Below are positions 1-13,785 of a DNA stretch of 64,000 nucleotides, in pieces; position 1 is the stretch's first letter; each line of letters starts with the position of its first letter. The DNA lies in contig OX597830.1 in the NCBI GenBank assembly GCA_951406725.2, positions 14,632,001 through 14,696,000 on the forward strand, given 5' to 3'. The notes beneath the pieces are model-generated. The model saw only the letters and a program-made list of their open reading frames with translations. It searched no databases and was not told where the DNA came from. Source of the DNA: Octopus vulgaris. Taxonomy: Eukaryota. The position numbers and the translations under genes were made by a program.

Positions 1-130
1 TGTTTCCGTTTCCACACCCACTCACAAAGCCTCGGTCGGCCTGGGGTATAGAAGAATCTTGTCCAAGTTAGCGCAAAGAGGGATTGAACCTGAAACCACG
101 TCACTGGGAATTTCTCATCCACACAGCCAT
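1..130 (-). mobile_element. SINE family B 5' part, diverged
   Basis: Matches the head of the 46314 copy. Confidence 0.7.
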
Positions 131-1098
131 TTTGAGGCTGTATATAAAAGCAGAAGAATGACTGTGTGTGCTAAAAGAAAATCACAAGGAAAGATAGACA
201 ACATATTGTTTTATACAAATACCAAGCGAATGGTCAACTGTTTGATGTATGTTTGTACAACCCTTTCTCTCTCTCTTTCTTTCTGTCTTTCTTTCTTTCT
301 TTCTTTCTTTCTTTGCATGTATATATGTGCAAACGCGTGTAGGTTGGGGTTGGAATTTGTACGATGCACCTGAAATTTTCGGCAACATAGCACGTGCAAC
401 AAACTTACTGAAGTTTTGATCACTTTTAATCCGCGAACATTTTGAATGCTGCAAGTCGGTGCAATGGTGTTAGGTAACTATAAAAACATTGCTAGTACAT
501 CAATATAGCATGAAAATTAGAAAAAGAAACGTAACATACCAATATATAGAATGAATATCGTTCAATTTAGAATAGATTTTGGAGAATATACCCTACGATG
601 CCAGTTCCACAGGGCATGCATATAAAGAATTGTAGAGTTGGACGTAACAAATTATGGAGTATCATTTTAACATAAGAGTATATTTGAATTAAATGCTTCT
701 GAAGTAAAAGACGTTAATGCTTGTAAGCATTTCTTTGCAACAGAAAAATGGCAAAGTTTTTACTGTTGGAACCTGAAATATGCATTTTTCTTTTGCTCTA
801 AGACCTCGCAACTGGTGACACTTTTGACTGCCAAGCTGAGTAATGTATGAATTGTTAGTTACTTTTTTTTCTGATATTTTAAGTGAAATATTTCAACTTC
901 ACCAAGTAATTCATCATCCACTTAGTACTAATTGAATTCATTCTTCGACTAATGTGCAAAATCGCAAATTGCCCCACCGCAGTTCGATGTTTACGACGTG
1001 AATTAGTCCAATGAATTAAATTATGAAGTAGCTACTATGATTTTAATGTCAATGATGTTAAACATTATAATTAATGATTTGATATTTTCACTAGGAAA

Positions 1099-1520
1099 GG
1101 CCACGAGCTGGCAGAATCGTTAGCAAGCTTGTCTGAATTTCTTACATCTTTACGTCCTGAGTTCAAATTCTTCCGAGGTTGACTTTGATTTTTATCCTTT
1201 CGGGGTCGATAAATTAAGTACCAGTTGCATAGTGGCGACAATCTCATCAACTAGCTCCTTCCCTCCAAATTTCGAGCCTTGCGCCTAGGGTGGAAAGGAA
1301 TATTTTCACTAGGGAAGGTGATGAGCTGGCAGAATCGTTAGCACACCTGTCTGAATTTCTTTCGTTTTTACGTTCTGAGTTCAAATTCCGCCGAGGTCGA
1401 CTTTGCCTTTCATTCTTTCAGGGTTGATAAAATAAGTTCCAGTTGTGGACTGGCGTCGATGTAAATCGACTTACTGCCTCCACCGAACTTTCTAGCCTTG
1501 TGCCAAAATTTGAAACCAAT
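1099..1520 (+). mobile_element. Two tandem copies of SINE family A (tRNA-like head)
   Basis: gagctggcagaa..gagttcaaattc..gtcgactttgcctttcatcc; atattttcactagg repeated at 1082 and 1300. Confidence 0.85.
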
Positions 1521-2346
1521 GTTTTCACTGCGGAAATCAAATATATCCACTCAAAATTTCTTTATCCTTGAATACGGAAAGCAGCAGTTTTATATACCAG
1601 TCTCTCTTTTGTTGAGAATCGCCATGCTTGAAGTGGTTTTTATTTTGTTTTTGTTTTTTAAATATATCGAGTTTACTGAAGCAACGTGATATGTAGAAAA
1701 TAAGTATTCTATCTTTTGTGGTAGATATATTAGATCATTCGTGAAATAACCATAAAATTTAATTCCGCGGTTTAATTGCAAAGAAAGTATTATGTAAGAA
1801 GCCCACTAACGATTGAAATATTTTACTATTGCTTACACCACTACTATTTTATTAGCAACTGGGCAGAAAATAAGGCATCTATGAAGAACCGAATTTGAGA
1901 AAAAGGCATAGAAGCTTTGTACTGTAACCAATAGCATGGTTTCCTAATAAACGACAGATTTGGATCATCGCCTGTTCTCTTTCACATTTCCAAAAGCAAC
2001 GTAAAATGTCGAGCATTGCTATTAATTCGACTCAATCCGACCTAATTTACTTGACTTAATAATGGCAAGAGAAAGGTTACAGTGGTTTATAATCAATTGT
2101 ACTTTCTCCAATCACGAAGAAATATACGCTGATTGCATACACAGGTACACGCAGTATACGTTATACAATACATAACGAGTATACTGCATTTTTTTAAAGC
2201 ATTGGACTTTAAAAAGAAAACGATGAACTGATCTTACACCCTTTTCTAAAGCTTTTTGTTTAGTGAAAGGTGTACACGTATACATACATGCATGTATCAT
2301 CCATCCATCATTTCAAATATATATAGATACATACATAGATACATAT

Positions 2347-2427
<81 letters not shown>

Positions 2428-2531
2428 AATGATCCGCCCTTGTATTTTCCTGTTCGAGTGTTTTGTTGTCGCCTGTTACCTTCTTGTTCCATTTTTTGTT
2501 TTCGTTTTTATATATACATATAGCGGCGTAA

Positions 2532-2571
<40 letters not shown>

Positions 2572-3254
2572 TCTGTACGACTCGCTTACTCTTTCTGTTA
2601 GCCCCCTTCACACTTTCTTCGTCCTTTCCACTTTTCTTCTTTTTCTCGATCCCCCTCTTTCACATTTCTTGGCCTTCCCTTCATTGTCATCTTCACTCCT
2701 CTTTTTATCTCACTTTGTCCCTTTCTTTTTTTCTTTCTTTCTCATTCCTCCCAATTCATCTATCCCTCTGCCCATAGCTTTCTCCTCTCCTTCCACGTGA
2801 CCGGTGTTCCGCCGTGCCTGACTTTTCTTTCTTGGCTTGACTACCATCCGTGTAACATCTCTTACATTCCTTCCCATGACTTTCCACTCCTATGTCCCTG
2901 CCGCAAGGCTTCATCTCCGCACATGCCAGCTTAATTTAATTCGTCCTTAGTCGAACGACAGTTGTTATTCATGTCCTGTTGTTTGTATCTATATTTGTGT
3001 ACCATTTCTCCATTTTTTTTCTTACTTGTTTTCGTATGCATTCACTTGCATTCTCTCCATAGAATCTAATACTCTAAGGTTAGATTTTCTAGGGGTCGGC
3101 CAGATTGGAGCAGTCTCGAGTGTAACAGGCCGAATCTGAAAATAGAAACCTCCGAATGATCCGTCCTTGTTTTTCCCTGTCTTTTTTGTATCGTCTAACT
3201 GTCCAGATTTCTTGTTGTCGCTTGTTACGTTCTTGTTCCATTTTTGTTTTCTTT

Positions 3255-3291
<37 letters not shown>

Positions 3292-3305
3292 TGGTGATGG
3301 TCGTG

Positions 3306-3672
3306 GTGGCACTCCGTCGGTTGCGACGACGAGGGTCCCCAGTTGTTCCGATCAATGAGACAGCCTGATCGTGAAATTAAAGTACAAGTGGCTGAGCACT
3401 CCACAGACATGTGTGCCCTTAACGTAGTTCTCGGGGAGTTTCAGCGTGACACTGAGAGTGATAAGGCTGGCCCTTTGAAATACAGGTACAACAGAAACAG
3501 GGAGAAAGTGAGAGAGAAAGTTGTGGTGAAAGAGTACAGCAGGGTTCACCACCACTCCCTGCCGGAGCATCGTGGAGCTTTGTGTGTTTTCGCTCAATAA
3601 ACACTCACGACGCCCGGTCTGGGATTCGAAACCGCGATCCTAAGACCGCGAGTCCGCTGCCCTAAACACTGA
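3306..3672 (-). mobile_element. SINE family C (tRNA-derived)
   Basis: Close match to 53559-53928; B-box-like ggtttcgaatccc. Confidence 0.85.
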
Positions 3673-4236
3673 GAGACAGAGATAGAGTAGTAATGATTAT
3701 CATCACTTCAATATGGTTGTTCCTTGAAGCCGAAGTTACTGACGTTTTAACCCTAGGAGGACTCCGCAACCAGCCGGTTATCAATGCAACTTGCACCCGA
3801 TATATATTGTAAGTAGAGGTGTGAAACCCTGCCATCTTCTAGCGAAGGCGAAGAGGGACCACCAGACCGTCCGGTTTCGAGCTATTTGTGCTCATTCTTG
3901 GTGGTGGATACCCGTCCGCTAGAGATAGCAGTAGGTCGCTCCAGTTAGCAATATATACATACAGGTATACATACCTGTATACATTCTTATGAACATACAT
4001 AAATACGTACATACATTTATAGAAACATACATACACACACACACATATATACATACATACAAATATACCACACCTACATATACATACACGCACGCGTCCA
4101 GGCCACCAACCCTCTTTCACATGCACATACATACTCTCTTATACGCACACGCACCTTCGTGTTGGGGGTCATCTTTACTTTGTTATCTCCCCTACTTTCC
4201 CCCTCGTGTGTGACCCTTCTGTCCGAGTCAGTCGCC

Positions 4237-4437
4237 ATGATAGATCGTTAGCCACTACACACATTTTTTCTCTCCTTGTTTCTCTCCTTGTTTTTTTTTT
4301 CTGTGTCCCTTTGTGTAGAAGAGCGTAGGCTCGAAACGTAAAAGACTTTTTCTATTCCTGAGCGTTATACTAATACATCTGTTTGTTTTGTACACCACCC
4401 GTCTTCGTCTTTTGTTTTTTTTTCGTAAACTCTCCCT
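4237..4437 (+). mobile_element. Short Penelope pLTR-like repeat with a variant hammerhead
   Basis: Close copy at 27260-27465; motif (c)tgtagaa-gagc-gtag-gctc-GAAA-cg-TA. Confidence 0.65.
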
Positions 4438-5779
4438 ACATACATACATACATACATACATACATACATACATACATACATACATACATACATACATAGG
4501 AGGAATCTGTCAGTTTTGTGATTTATGAAGAATGGCTGTATACGTGGATGAGGAGCAGCAATTTCCAAAATTGCAATAAGTTCAGTCCCTAACTTACAGC
4601 ATCTCTCTGTATGACACTTCCTATGACGGTATTGCAAGGAGACTTTTTTTATAAGAAGCCTCAACTTTTTGCTAGCTTTGTTCATTCAAATTTTAGAAAA
4701 ACTTTCTTCCTCGCATCTTAATTCTTTGATACCGGAACACACAAATTCTTTCATATAATATAATACATTTTTTTTTTACTATTTCAAATCAAAATTCCAA
4801 CACGATATGATTAGCATGTTATGATTTTTGATTCCTAGACAGTTTCATTACTAGTGGACTTGTAACGATTACATCAAACGGTTATATTGACTTCATGTCT
4901 AGGTTATCACAATACTTCGTGTAGTTTGACCTGCAAAACTTGCATTTCACCATACTATAAATAGCTCACCAGTGAAATCGAGTTGGTGGCCTCCCAACAG
5001 TCTAAGACAATATTTTCTGTATAAAATATAAAAATAACTACTGCTTCTTTGAAGAACACAAGTTTAAAAGATATCAGTGTTGTGGTTTCATATCAAGTTT
5101 ATTCACACATGCGTGCACTAACACACAGATATATACGTTAAAACATATCCATGTTTTAGTGGGTGCGTTCTTCGTCGTCTAACCTAGTTCAATACTGAAT
5201 GAGCAGATTAATGATCAAAAGACTTCCAAGATATAACCAGCTCATCATTCCTGGGAGATAGGAAAACGAGTTTCACATTTAGACAATGTATCCTCCTTTA
5301 AAGACGCTAGGTTTGGATTTGGAGAAAATTTGGCTGCTTTTTCTAACCCACCATCTGACACCGTAGAGTCAAAAATATGTGTTTGTATGTAACATGGCAG
5401 TATTCTGTTGTATATTAATCACTGTGTGAAATTTAGTAAATTGCACATAATGTAAATATTGCCTTAGCCCGAGATGAATATAATCCCCTTCTAGGTAGAA
5501 TAATGGCTCATCACCAGTTGTTCCGATTGCTATGTTGAGGTAGCATGAGAATATGTAGAAGAATCTTCAGCATAACAACATTTATGTTTAGGTTTCAATA
5601 TTTGAATGAATCGAGCAGAATGAGTAACGTGATGGCTTATCTCTCAAATTTTATAAAATAATCGATACTCCTAAGTTTAGTTGGTTCCTTCTGGCTGGTG
5701 ATGCTGCTATCATTATTGATCAGTTTGTACTTCTGTATGTCGTTGTTTTCTGATCTAATGTGAACAGTAAGATATTTCT

Positions 5780-6965
5780 GAAATACTCGAGAAAAATGAC
5801 GGACTACAGGTCCGAGAGAATCGGTGTCGTTTCATGTGACGCCTAGAAAGCTTCCTGTTAATCGATCTGCCCAATAATTGACCGTTTCTCTCCAGCATGC
5901 AACAATCCACCGACTTCGAATTATGTGCAGTAACTAATGTTCTAGGGGTTGCAAATCAACTGATCGATGACACATCAATAAGAACTAACTTCCTTGTAAA
6001 GTAGTAATGTCCTGAATGAAGGAACATGAATTGCAGTGGAAGAGGGAACAAACAAGGAATTCGGGTTAGGTCTAATCTTAAATAAAGTAACTGTGGAGGA
6101 TAAGTAGTCATACAAATTGTGGTCATAAAGAAAGAAAGGGAGATAAATAGTTTTCTGTGAAGATACTTGGAAGTGGGGGTATCAGACTGGAGGAGGCGAA
6201 AGTTCCGTGGATACAACCTGGCAAGATGCTTGGTTTGGATTTGGAGAAAATTTGGCTGCTTTTTCTAACCCACCGTTTGACACGTTGATTCAAAAATATG
6301 TGTTTGTAACTAACATGTTTGTATCTAACAGGAGAAAGACAATACAGTTAATGGTGGGGTGGATATGAGGCAGAAGAGCAAAATCGTGGGCGTGGACAGA
6401 AAGTAGAATCGGCAGTGTGTTGTGGGGTGGGGAGCGATATTTTATAAAGTTGTGAATCATTGAATCTTGCAGCTCAGCGGAGTCACAAATATTGGGGTCT
6501 CAGCTAAAAAGGAGACGAAAACAGGAATTGCAAGAAAGGAATGGTAAATTTACTTTAAGCGACGAGCGATGAGGTGGAGTCGATGTAAAAGTGGGAGTTA
6601 GTACGAACGACGGACATCGAAGACGTTTGAAGATGAGAAGAAACGAAGGTATATATAGGATATTAACAAAGGTGATGGATATGCATCAGGTAGAATGAAT
6701 GGAAGGAGTTAACGAAAAAGATGTTAGCTATTTACATCAATAAAGAGTTTGATGATGTTGGTGGCTCTCCTGGTAACCACAGACACACCAGTAACAATCG
6801 GGGAAAAGTGACCGACAGAGCACAAAGCAGTGAAGCGTGAGGCGGAAGGGAGTAGAGGTGCCGGGTTCAAGCCTGGTGCCAAGGTTAAGGAAGCGTTTCA
6901 AAGCGATCAGATAATCACTGAGTGATGATAGCATAGAAGAACATCCTATCCATAAGGAAAATAAG
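5780..6965 (-). mobile_element. Highly decayed Penelope-like element (RT and GIY-YIG remnants)
   Basis: Broken peptides LIALKRFLNLGTRLEPGTST..RL (PLE RT-like), FRLLQSD..TS (linker-like), FP-C..C and IGQ-like remnants; many stops and frameshifts. Confidence 0.55.
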
Positions 6966-7092
6966 CTGGAGAGAGAGGGGGGAGAGAGAGAGAGAGAGAG
7001 AAAGAGGACAGAGCAGAGAGAGGAGGCCGGAGAGAATATACAGAGAAGGAGAGGGATAGACAGACAGTTTGTTAGCAGACAGATACACAAAC

Positions 7093-7195
<103 letters not shown>

Positions 7196-7196
7196 T

Positions 7197-7227
<31 letters not shown>

Positions 7228-7881
7228 AAGAGATAGAGACATCTATATGGTTACAAATAAATTTATGTTTTATATTTTGTTTCTCCTTTCTTCATATGCC
7301 ATATTCTGCCAGAATATCGGCGACGCATTATTCCACTGCGATGTAGTGGAAGTTGCCTTACAAGTAAGTTGCACTGCCAACGGATTCCCCACAGTTCAAC
7401 CGATTCTGAGAAAGAAAGAAGTGCGAGAAATCCACATTCACAACTTGAACAAATGCTTTATTTTATCGACTTCGGAATGTGTAAAGCAAAGTTATCCTTG
7501 ATGGGACATGAACTCAGAACATTATGAGACATTTGTCCAACGCGATTCCGCCAATCAGTTCTGTTATTCGGCCACTACATTTTCCACCAATAATATAGGT
7601 ACATGCGTTAAGGTTGCTGGCCTTGTGTCAAAATTTGAAATGGATATGTGTAAATGCTTTAAACCAAGGTAGAAAGTATTCTGTTACACGAGTTAATGGT
7701 ATTTTACAAACTTCCACATATTTTCACTTCCATCAACCATTTTCTCATTCAAAGGAAATCTCACTTAAAATATAAACTTTCGACACCAATGTTCATTCCA
7801 TTTTTATGATCTCAGCATTATGGCTAATTCTTGCCGTCTTCCTGATTCTAAATCTCAAATATGTGAGAGAATGTGTGTATT

Positions 7882-7940
<59 letters not shown>

Positions 7941-8761
7941 ATTGTGTGTGCGTGTGTTTGTGTGTATGTGTGTGTGTGAGTGTAAAAAAGAAACAAAATG
8001 AGAAAGGAAACGAGACAGTGAAATCGATAGATAGAGAGACTATGAATGAGGCAGAAAGAGAAAGACAGTGATATATAAAAGGGGGGGAGAAAGAAAGAGG
8101 GTGAAAAAGTAGAGAGGAAAGAAAAGGGAAAGAGAAAAAGGAAACAGACAGAGAGATACTAAAGAATGATACAATGAAAGAAAGAAGAAAAGGAAATAAA
8201 GAAAAAAGAAAGTGAACGAATAAATATATAAAGAGAAAAGAAAGAATAGAAAAGTAAAAGAAACTCTGTAGTGAAATCTGAATTTCTAAGCATTCTATTA
8301 GAGATTTAACTATATTGTTACATCAACTGCATAAGAAATTGGAGAAGAATGAAAGTAAAAAACAGAAATAATTAAATATTTCTCAAATTATTTTTTATTG
8401 TAAAAACCGAAAGACGAAAAGACTTGTCAAACGATGTCACGTTTTGTACTTGATCAAGCAACAACTTTTAACGCTATAACTGCTGTCCTCATAGTTGACT
8501 CTAAGTAATGAGAAGGGGCTTGCGTGAATGCTGGAATAACAATAGAGACCAGTGCCTCGTTTGAAAGGTTAGCAATTTTGCAATTTGAATGGCAGCAGAA
8601 AACCAGTTTCTGGAGACAGCAAGGTTCAGAAAGAACGTCGTGACTGAACGCGACGAATGTGTGTCGCAAAGAGGAGACACAGGAAAAAGCAGGCGGACTG
8701 TGTGGGTGTGGGGGTTTTGAGATTTAAAAAAACAAGTCGTTCATTTTGAATTGAGTATGCG

Positions 8762-8786
8762 ATTATTATTATCATTATTATTATTA

Positions 8787-8854
<68 letters not shown>

Positions 8855-8886
8855 TATTATTATTATTATTATCATTTTTATTATTA

Positions 8887-8965
<79 letters not shown>

Positions 8966-8979
8966 CATTTTTATTATTA

Positions 8980-9049
<70 letters not shown>

Positions 9050-9081
9050 CATCATCATCATTATTATTATTATCATCATCA

Positions 9082-9157
<76 letters not shown>

Positions 9158-9195
9158 CATCATCATTATTATTATTATCATTATTATTATTATTA

Positions 9196-9253
<58 letters not shown>
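8762..9253. repeat. (ATT)n/(ATC)n microsatellite, ~490 bp
   Basis: Seen directly. Confidence 0.98.
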
Positions 9254-9256
<3 letters not shown>

Positions 9257-9796
9257 AGTAATGGTGGGGAAACCGCTATCATGAGAATTGAATAGAAATT
9301 TAAACAGCGATGGCATTAGCTGGTAGGAGTAGAATGGTATATGAAAGAATGAAAGGAAACGATGGTGATGCAATAGAATTAGTAGATACTTGGATGTGAG
9401 ATAATATATAATGATAGACAGAATTTAAAAGAAATAATACAAATATAAAAATTTAAAGTGTTGTAGGAAATATCTTAAGAAAAGAGAAATAAAGAATTTC
9501 ATAAATTCTCCAGGAATTCAGTATTATCCTCGTATAGAGATATACTCGGGGACAATAAGAACATCTTTTAATGCTGATGTAAAAATGCCTGTAGAGAAAT
9601 TAGTTACACTATAACGTATGAAACCGAGAATATATATATATATACATATATATACATATATATGTCCTGTCTTTTACTGTTTTTATCTTTATTGGTACTG
9701 TTTTTTCTTCATTTGTATTACTTTTACGTCCTGTTCTTGTCACTTTTTTTTACCCCTCCGCAAAAAAATTTTATTTAATTCATTTTGCGGGATGGA

Positions 9797-9873
9797 CTGC
9801 TTCGGCGTGGCCGTGTTCTGCCCTTACCTTCGAAACACGCATTGAGTCGAAACAGGGGCAGCTGAAGAAGGGG
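9797..9873 (+). ncRNA. Putative strand-permuted hammerhead-like RNA, copy 1
   Basis: cgtg-TT-ctgccctt-a-ccttc-GAAA-cacg...aggggcag-CTGAAGA-agggg. Confidence 0.45.
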
Positions 9874-10069
9874 AATGTTCCTTGTATTGTTTGTCTTGTA
9901 CTCTGTTTTTTTCATTGTTAAATAAAGTCTGTTTCCTTGGTTGGTTTTATGTTTTCGTTTCTCGTTGTGTTCTACGTTTATTTGTGGTGTCATGTACTCA
10001 TATATGCATGTAAATATACATATATATGTAGGTATGTACATGTATGCATATGTTTCATTTATTAAATTG

Positions 10070-10204
<135 letters not shown>

Positions 10205-10535
10205 CCGTATATCCGGTGTAGGAATGCAAAATCCTAATAGACATAAATGATTATAGTAGGGAGGAAATTATAGTCACATGTAGAGAAATCACCGTGTCGT
10301 TGTTTGTTCTGAGGGAAGGGCAATCCCAGGCCATGGCAATTACAGACGCTATGACACAGGTTATGTCAACATGGTTAGAATTCCAGACGGATGACTGGGA
10401 GAAAGAACTGGATGTGGTGATTGGTGTAAGGATGCGGTTGGCGAATACAATATATTATTGTTCTAAATGTATGTCTAGGTTATCTGTGGGTCAAGAATCT
10501 TTTTATACCAAATTCATTTTAATCATGACCATCTC

Positions 10536-10597
<62 letters not shown>

Positions 10598-10794
10598 TTA
10601 TTTTAACTTCATTACTCAATATCGTTCCTCTTCTTTACAGACAATACGATGCGAGTTTTGAAAGAGGATTCCCTGTTACTATTTCTAGTATGTCGTGAAT
10701 CGATGTAGAGATTCTGTCACCAGCTGGCAAAGTCGTGCGTTTGTGCATGTATGTATACATCTATGTATGTATGTATGTATGTATTATTTGTGTA

Positions 10795-11280
<486 letters not shown>

Positions 11281-11594
11281 AACGGACGTAAGAACTCAGT
11301 AAATTCAATGGTGATACCAGCTGCTGGAAGTAAGAGACGTAGTCTTTGTTTAAACATCTTTTCAGAAGAAGGAAATTCCGAAATAAGACCCGCCTTATTG
11401 TGAAATGAGAGATATTATACTTGCTTGTTTCTGGACCATTTCATTTTAGAGGTGAGTGTCTCAACGGCATTAAGTTGACTTTAATTTTCAGTTTGGTCAT
11501 TGTTGAGAGCCGTTGCCTTTAACATCTAGGATGGGATATTTTATCAGCGTTGGTCATACCCGCCTACACGTCGACAAATTCAATTATGTGTGAG

Positions 11595-11624
<30 letters not shown>

Positions 11625-11626
<2 letters not shown>

Positions 11627-11962
11627 AGGTAAGGTAAAGACCCCCTTCGGTCATGAATGACCATGGGATTGCACCTAGAAAGTTACCCTCCTAGACACAA
11701 GTCTGGGCAAGGTTGTTTATGGAAGACCAGCAGTCGCCCATGCATACCAGCCTCCCCTCTCCACGCCACCAGTGTTATCCAAGGGAAAGACAAAGGTCGA
11801 TACAGCTTGGCACCAGTGACGTCGCAACTCATTTCTACACCTGAGTGAACTGGAGCAACGTGAAATAAAGTGCCTTTGCTCAAGAACACAACACGCAGCC
11901 CGGTCCGGGATTTGAGCTCACAACCTCACGATCGTAAGCTCGAGGCTCTAACCACTGAGCCA
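11625..11962 (-). mobile_element. SINE family F (tRNA head, (TTACC)-type tail)
   Basis: tggctcagtggttag A box and gagctcaaatccc B box; related heads at 18165 and ~61490. Confidence 0.85.
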
Positions 11963-12187
11963 TGTATGTGTGTATGTATGTATGTATGTATCTCTGCATG
12001 TATGCATATATGTATGTATGTGTGCGTATGAATGTGGACATAGTATATAATAAACGAAGGAAAACAATATTATAGCACATCTAAAAGGAGAGAAAATAAT
12101 AATGATAAATTTTCTACTTACACGCACCTTCACACACACACACACATATATATAATCAAAATAATCAACAAGGATATCCAAGGTAGA

Positions 12188-12273
12188 GTAGTACAATTGT
12201 TTCATGCTACTTCATTTTATTGAACCCTGTAAGTATTACATCAGTTTTAAAATGTCGAACAATCTTCAGCCAC
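12188..12273 (-). ncRNA. Type I hammerhead motif with a weakened stem II
   Basis: gtgg-CTGAAGA-ttgtt..agcat-GAAA-caattg-TA|ctac. Confidence 0.55.
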
Positions 12274-12404
12274 ATATAGAATTTTTCAATTAAACGGACA
12301 ATGCACATTCTTATACTTATTTCATTTGCCAACATTACATATATATATATATATATAGCAATAATAATTCTCTAAACGAGATATAGACAGTAACTGCTCC
12401 ATAA

Positions 12405-12601
12405 CAAAAGGGACATTAGCCATTTGAATGTGGCTAGGGACAGGGCAGGGCGGTGAGGGGGTGTTACTGTTGCATTTAGCCCCAGGCGAACATCAAGCCT
12501 TTCTGGTGACGTTGATGTTCGCCTGGGGCTAAATGCAACAGTAACACCCCCACCGCCCTGCCCTGTCCCTAGCCACATTCAAATGGCTAATGTCCCTTTT
12601 G
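12405..12601. repeat. GC-rich fold-back element, ~90-bp arms, 15-nt loop
   Basis: caaaagggacattagcc...catcaa / ttgatg...ggctaatgtcccttttg; near-perfect. Confidence 0.9.
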
Positions 12602-12604
12602 ATA

Positions 12605-12646
<42 letters not shown>

Positions 12647-13014
12647 GTATGTATACACTCACATACGCACGTGTATGTATATACGTACATGCATGCATAC
12701 GTACATTCATATGTATGTACGTATGTACGTATGTATGTATCATTGTTCAGCTTTTTTTCACGATTTCTTGCCAATAGAAAAAGAGCCGGTTTCTAACCTA
12801 GATACAATGTTCTTTCATTGGAATTTCAACACCAACAACAGAGTATTTTGTCTGTCTGTATGTCTGTCTGTCTGTATGTATGTATGTATGTATGTATGTA
12901 TGTATGTATGTATGTATGTATGTATGTATGTATGTAGATGTTCAGATTTGTATGTTTCGTTTTACGTATGTATTCTCATGCGTATAGTTGCATGTCAAGA
13001 TATGCATATATATA

Positions 13015-13290
13015 TTCAAATGACAAACTCTGGAAAGTTTTACAGATTTTTAACAGTTTCAGTGATGGATTGGATTTGTAGTCTTCCAATTAGTTGACTC
13101 CTTTCTGTTCTTGAGCAGCCTAATTTTTATAGATTGGTATTTAGGAAGTGTGTTACAAATCCAAAGGCCCCAATAATTACAGGTATAAACCTGAACTTGT
13201 AATCTGGATAGAGTAACTGCAGATTTCTTAAAAGTTCAGCATTGGTGTTCTCTTTTTCACTGATCTTCAGCTATATGTTAACATCCGGCT
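13015..13290 (-). mobile_element. 3' end of an R4/Dong-like RLE LINE
   Basis: Reads LKISEKENTNAELLRNLQLLYPDYKFRFIPVIIGAFG...LQIQSITETVKICKTF. Confidence 0.7.
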
Positions 13291-13299
13291 GAGCAGCTA

Positions 13300-13785
13300 A
13301 TTACTACTTCTTTGGGCATGTATTCTAGATTATCAGACAAGGAATGATGCTCAAGGAACTGCCTTCCAAGTATAATGATGTTATCAGCCTCATATATGCA
13401 GTTCCAAGATGCGACTGAGAATGTAGATTATGTCACATTTCTGTGCAAGACATTACACGTGATTAGCAGTTGTCCAAAAATATCATCAAAGTACTCTCTC
13501 CTTATTCGACGTTGCCGCAAAAACAATATGCAATGCCATTCGGGGAAAAAGACTGTTCTGGAATAAATATAGAGAATTATCCTGTTATTGAATACGCACA
13601 TAAATATCAACACAAGGAATACTGGTGGAACATCCTCATCAAAACATTTGTCAAGTGTAAGCATAACAGGCCGCATGTGCCGTTATAGAGGTCAGCTGGT
13701 CCGCTGATGTGAATATCTCTTTGATGTCCTGCTGATGTGAATAACTCTTTGAAAATCAAAGAGAAAGAAGATAATTATGACAACT
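13300..13785 (+). mobile_element. R4/Dong-like LINE fragment (Zn knuckle and RLE region)
   Basis: HVISSCPKISSKY, EYWWNILIKT..KCKHNRP, EVS..ADVNI..KIKEKEDNY across frames. Confidence 0.7.

Noticed and set aside
11900-11962. tRNA-like sequences here and at other SINE heads
   Set aside because: A/B boxes belong to SINE heads; no complete cloverleaf
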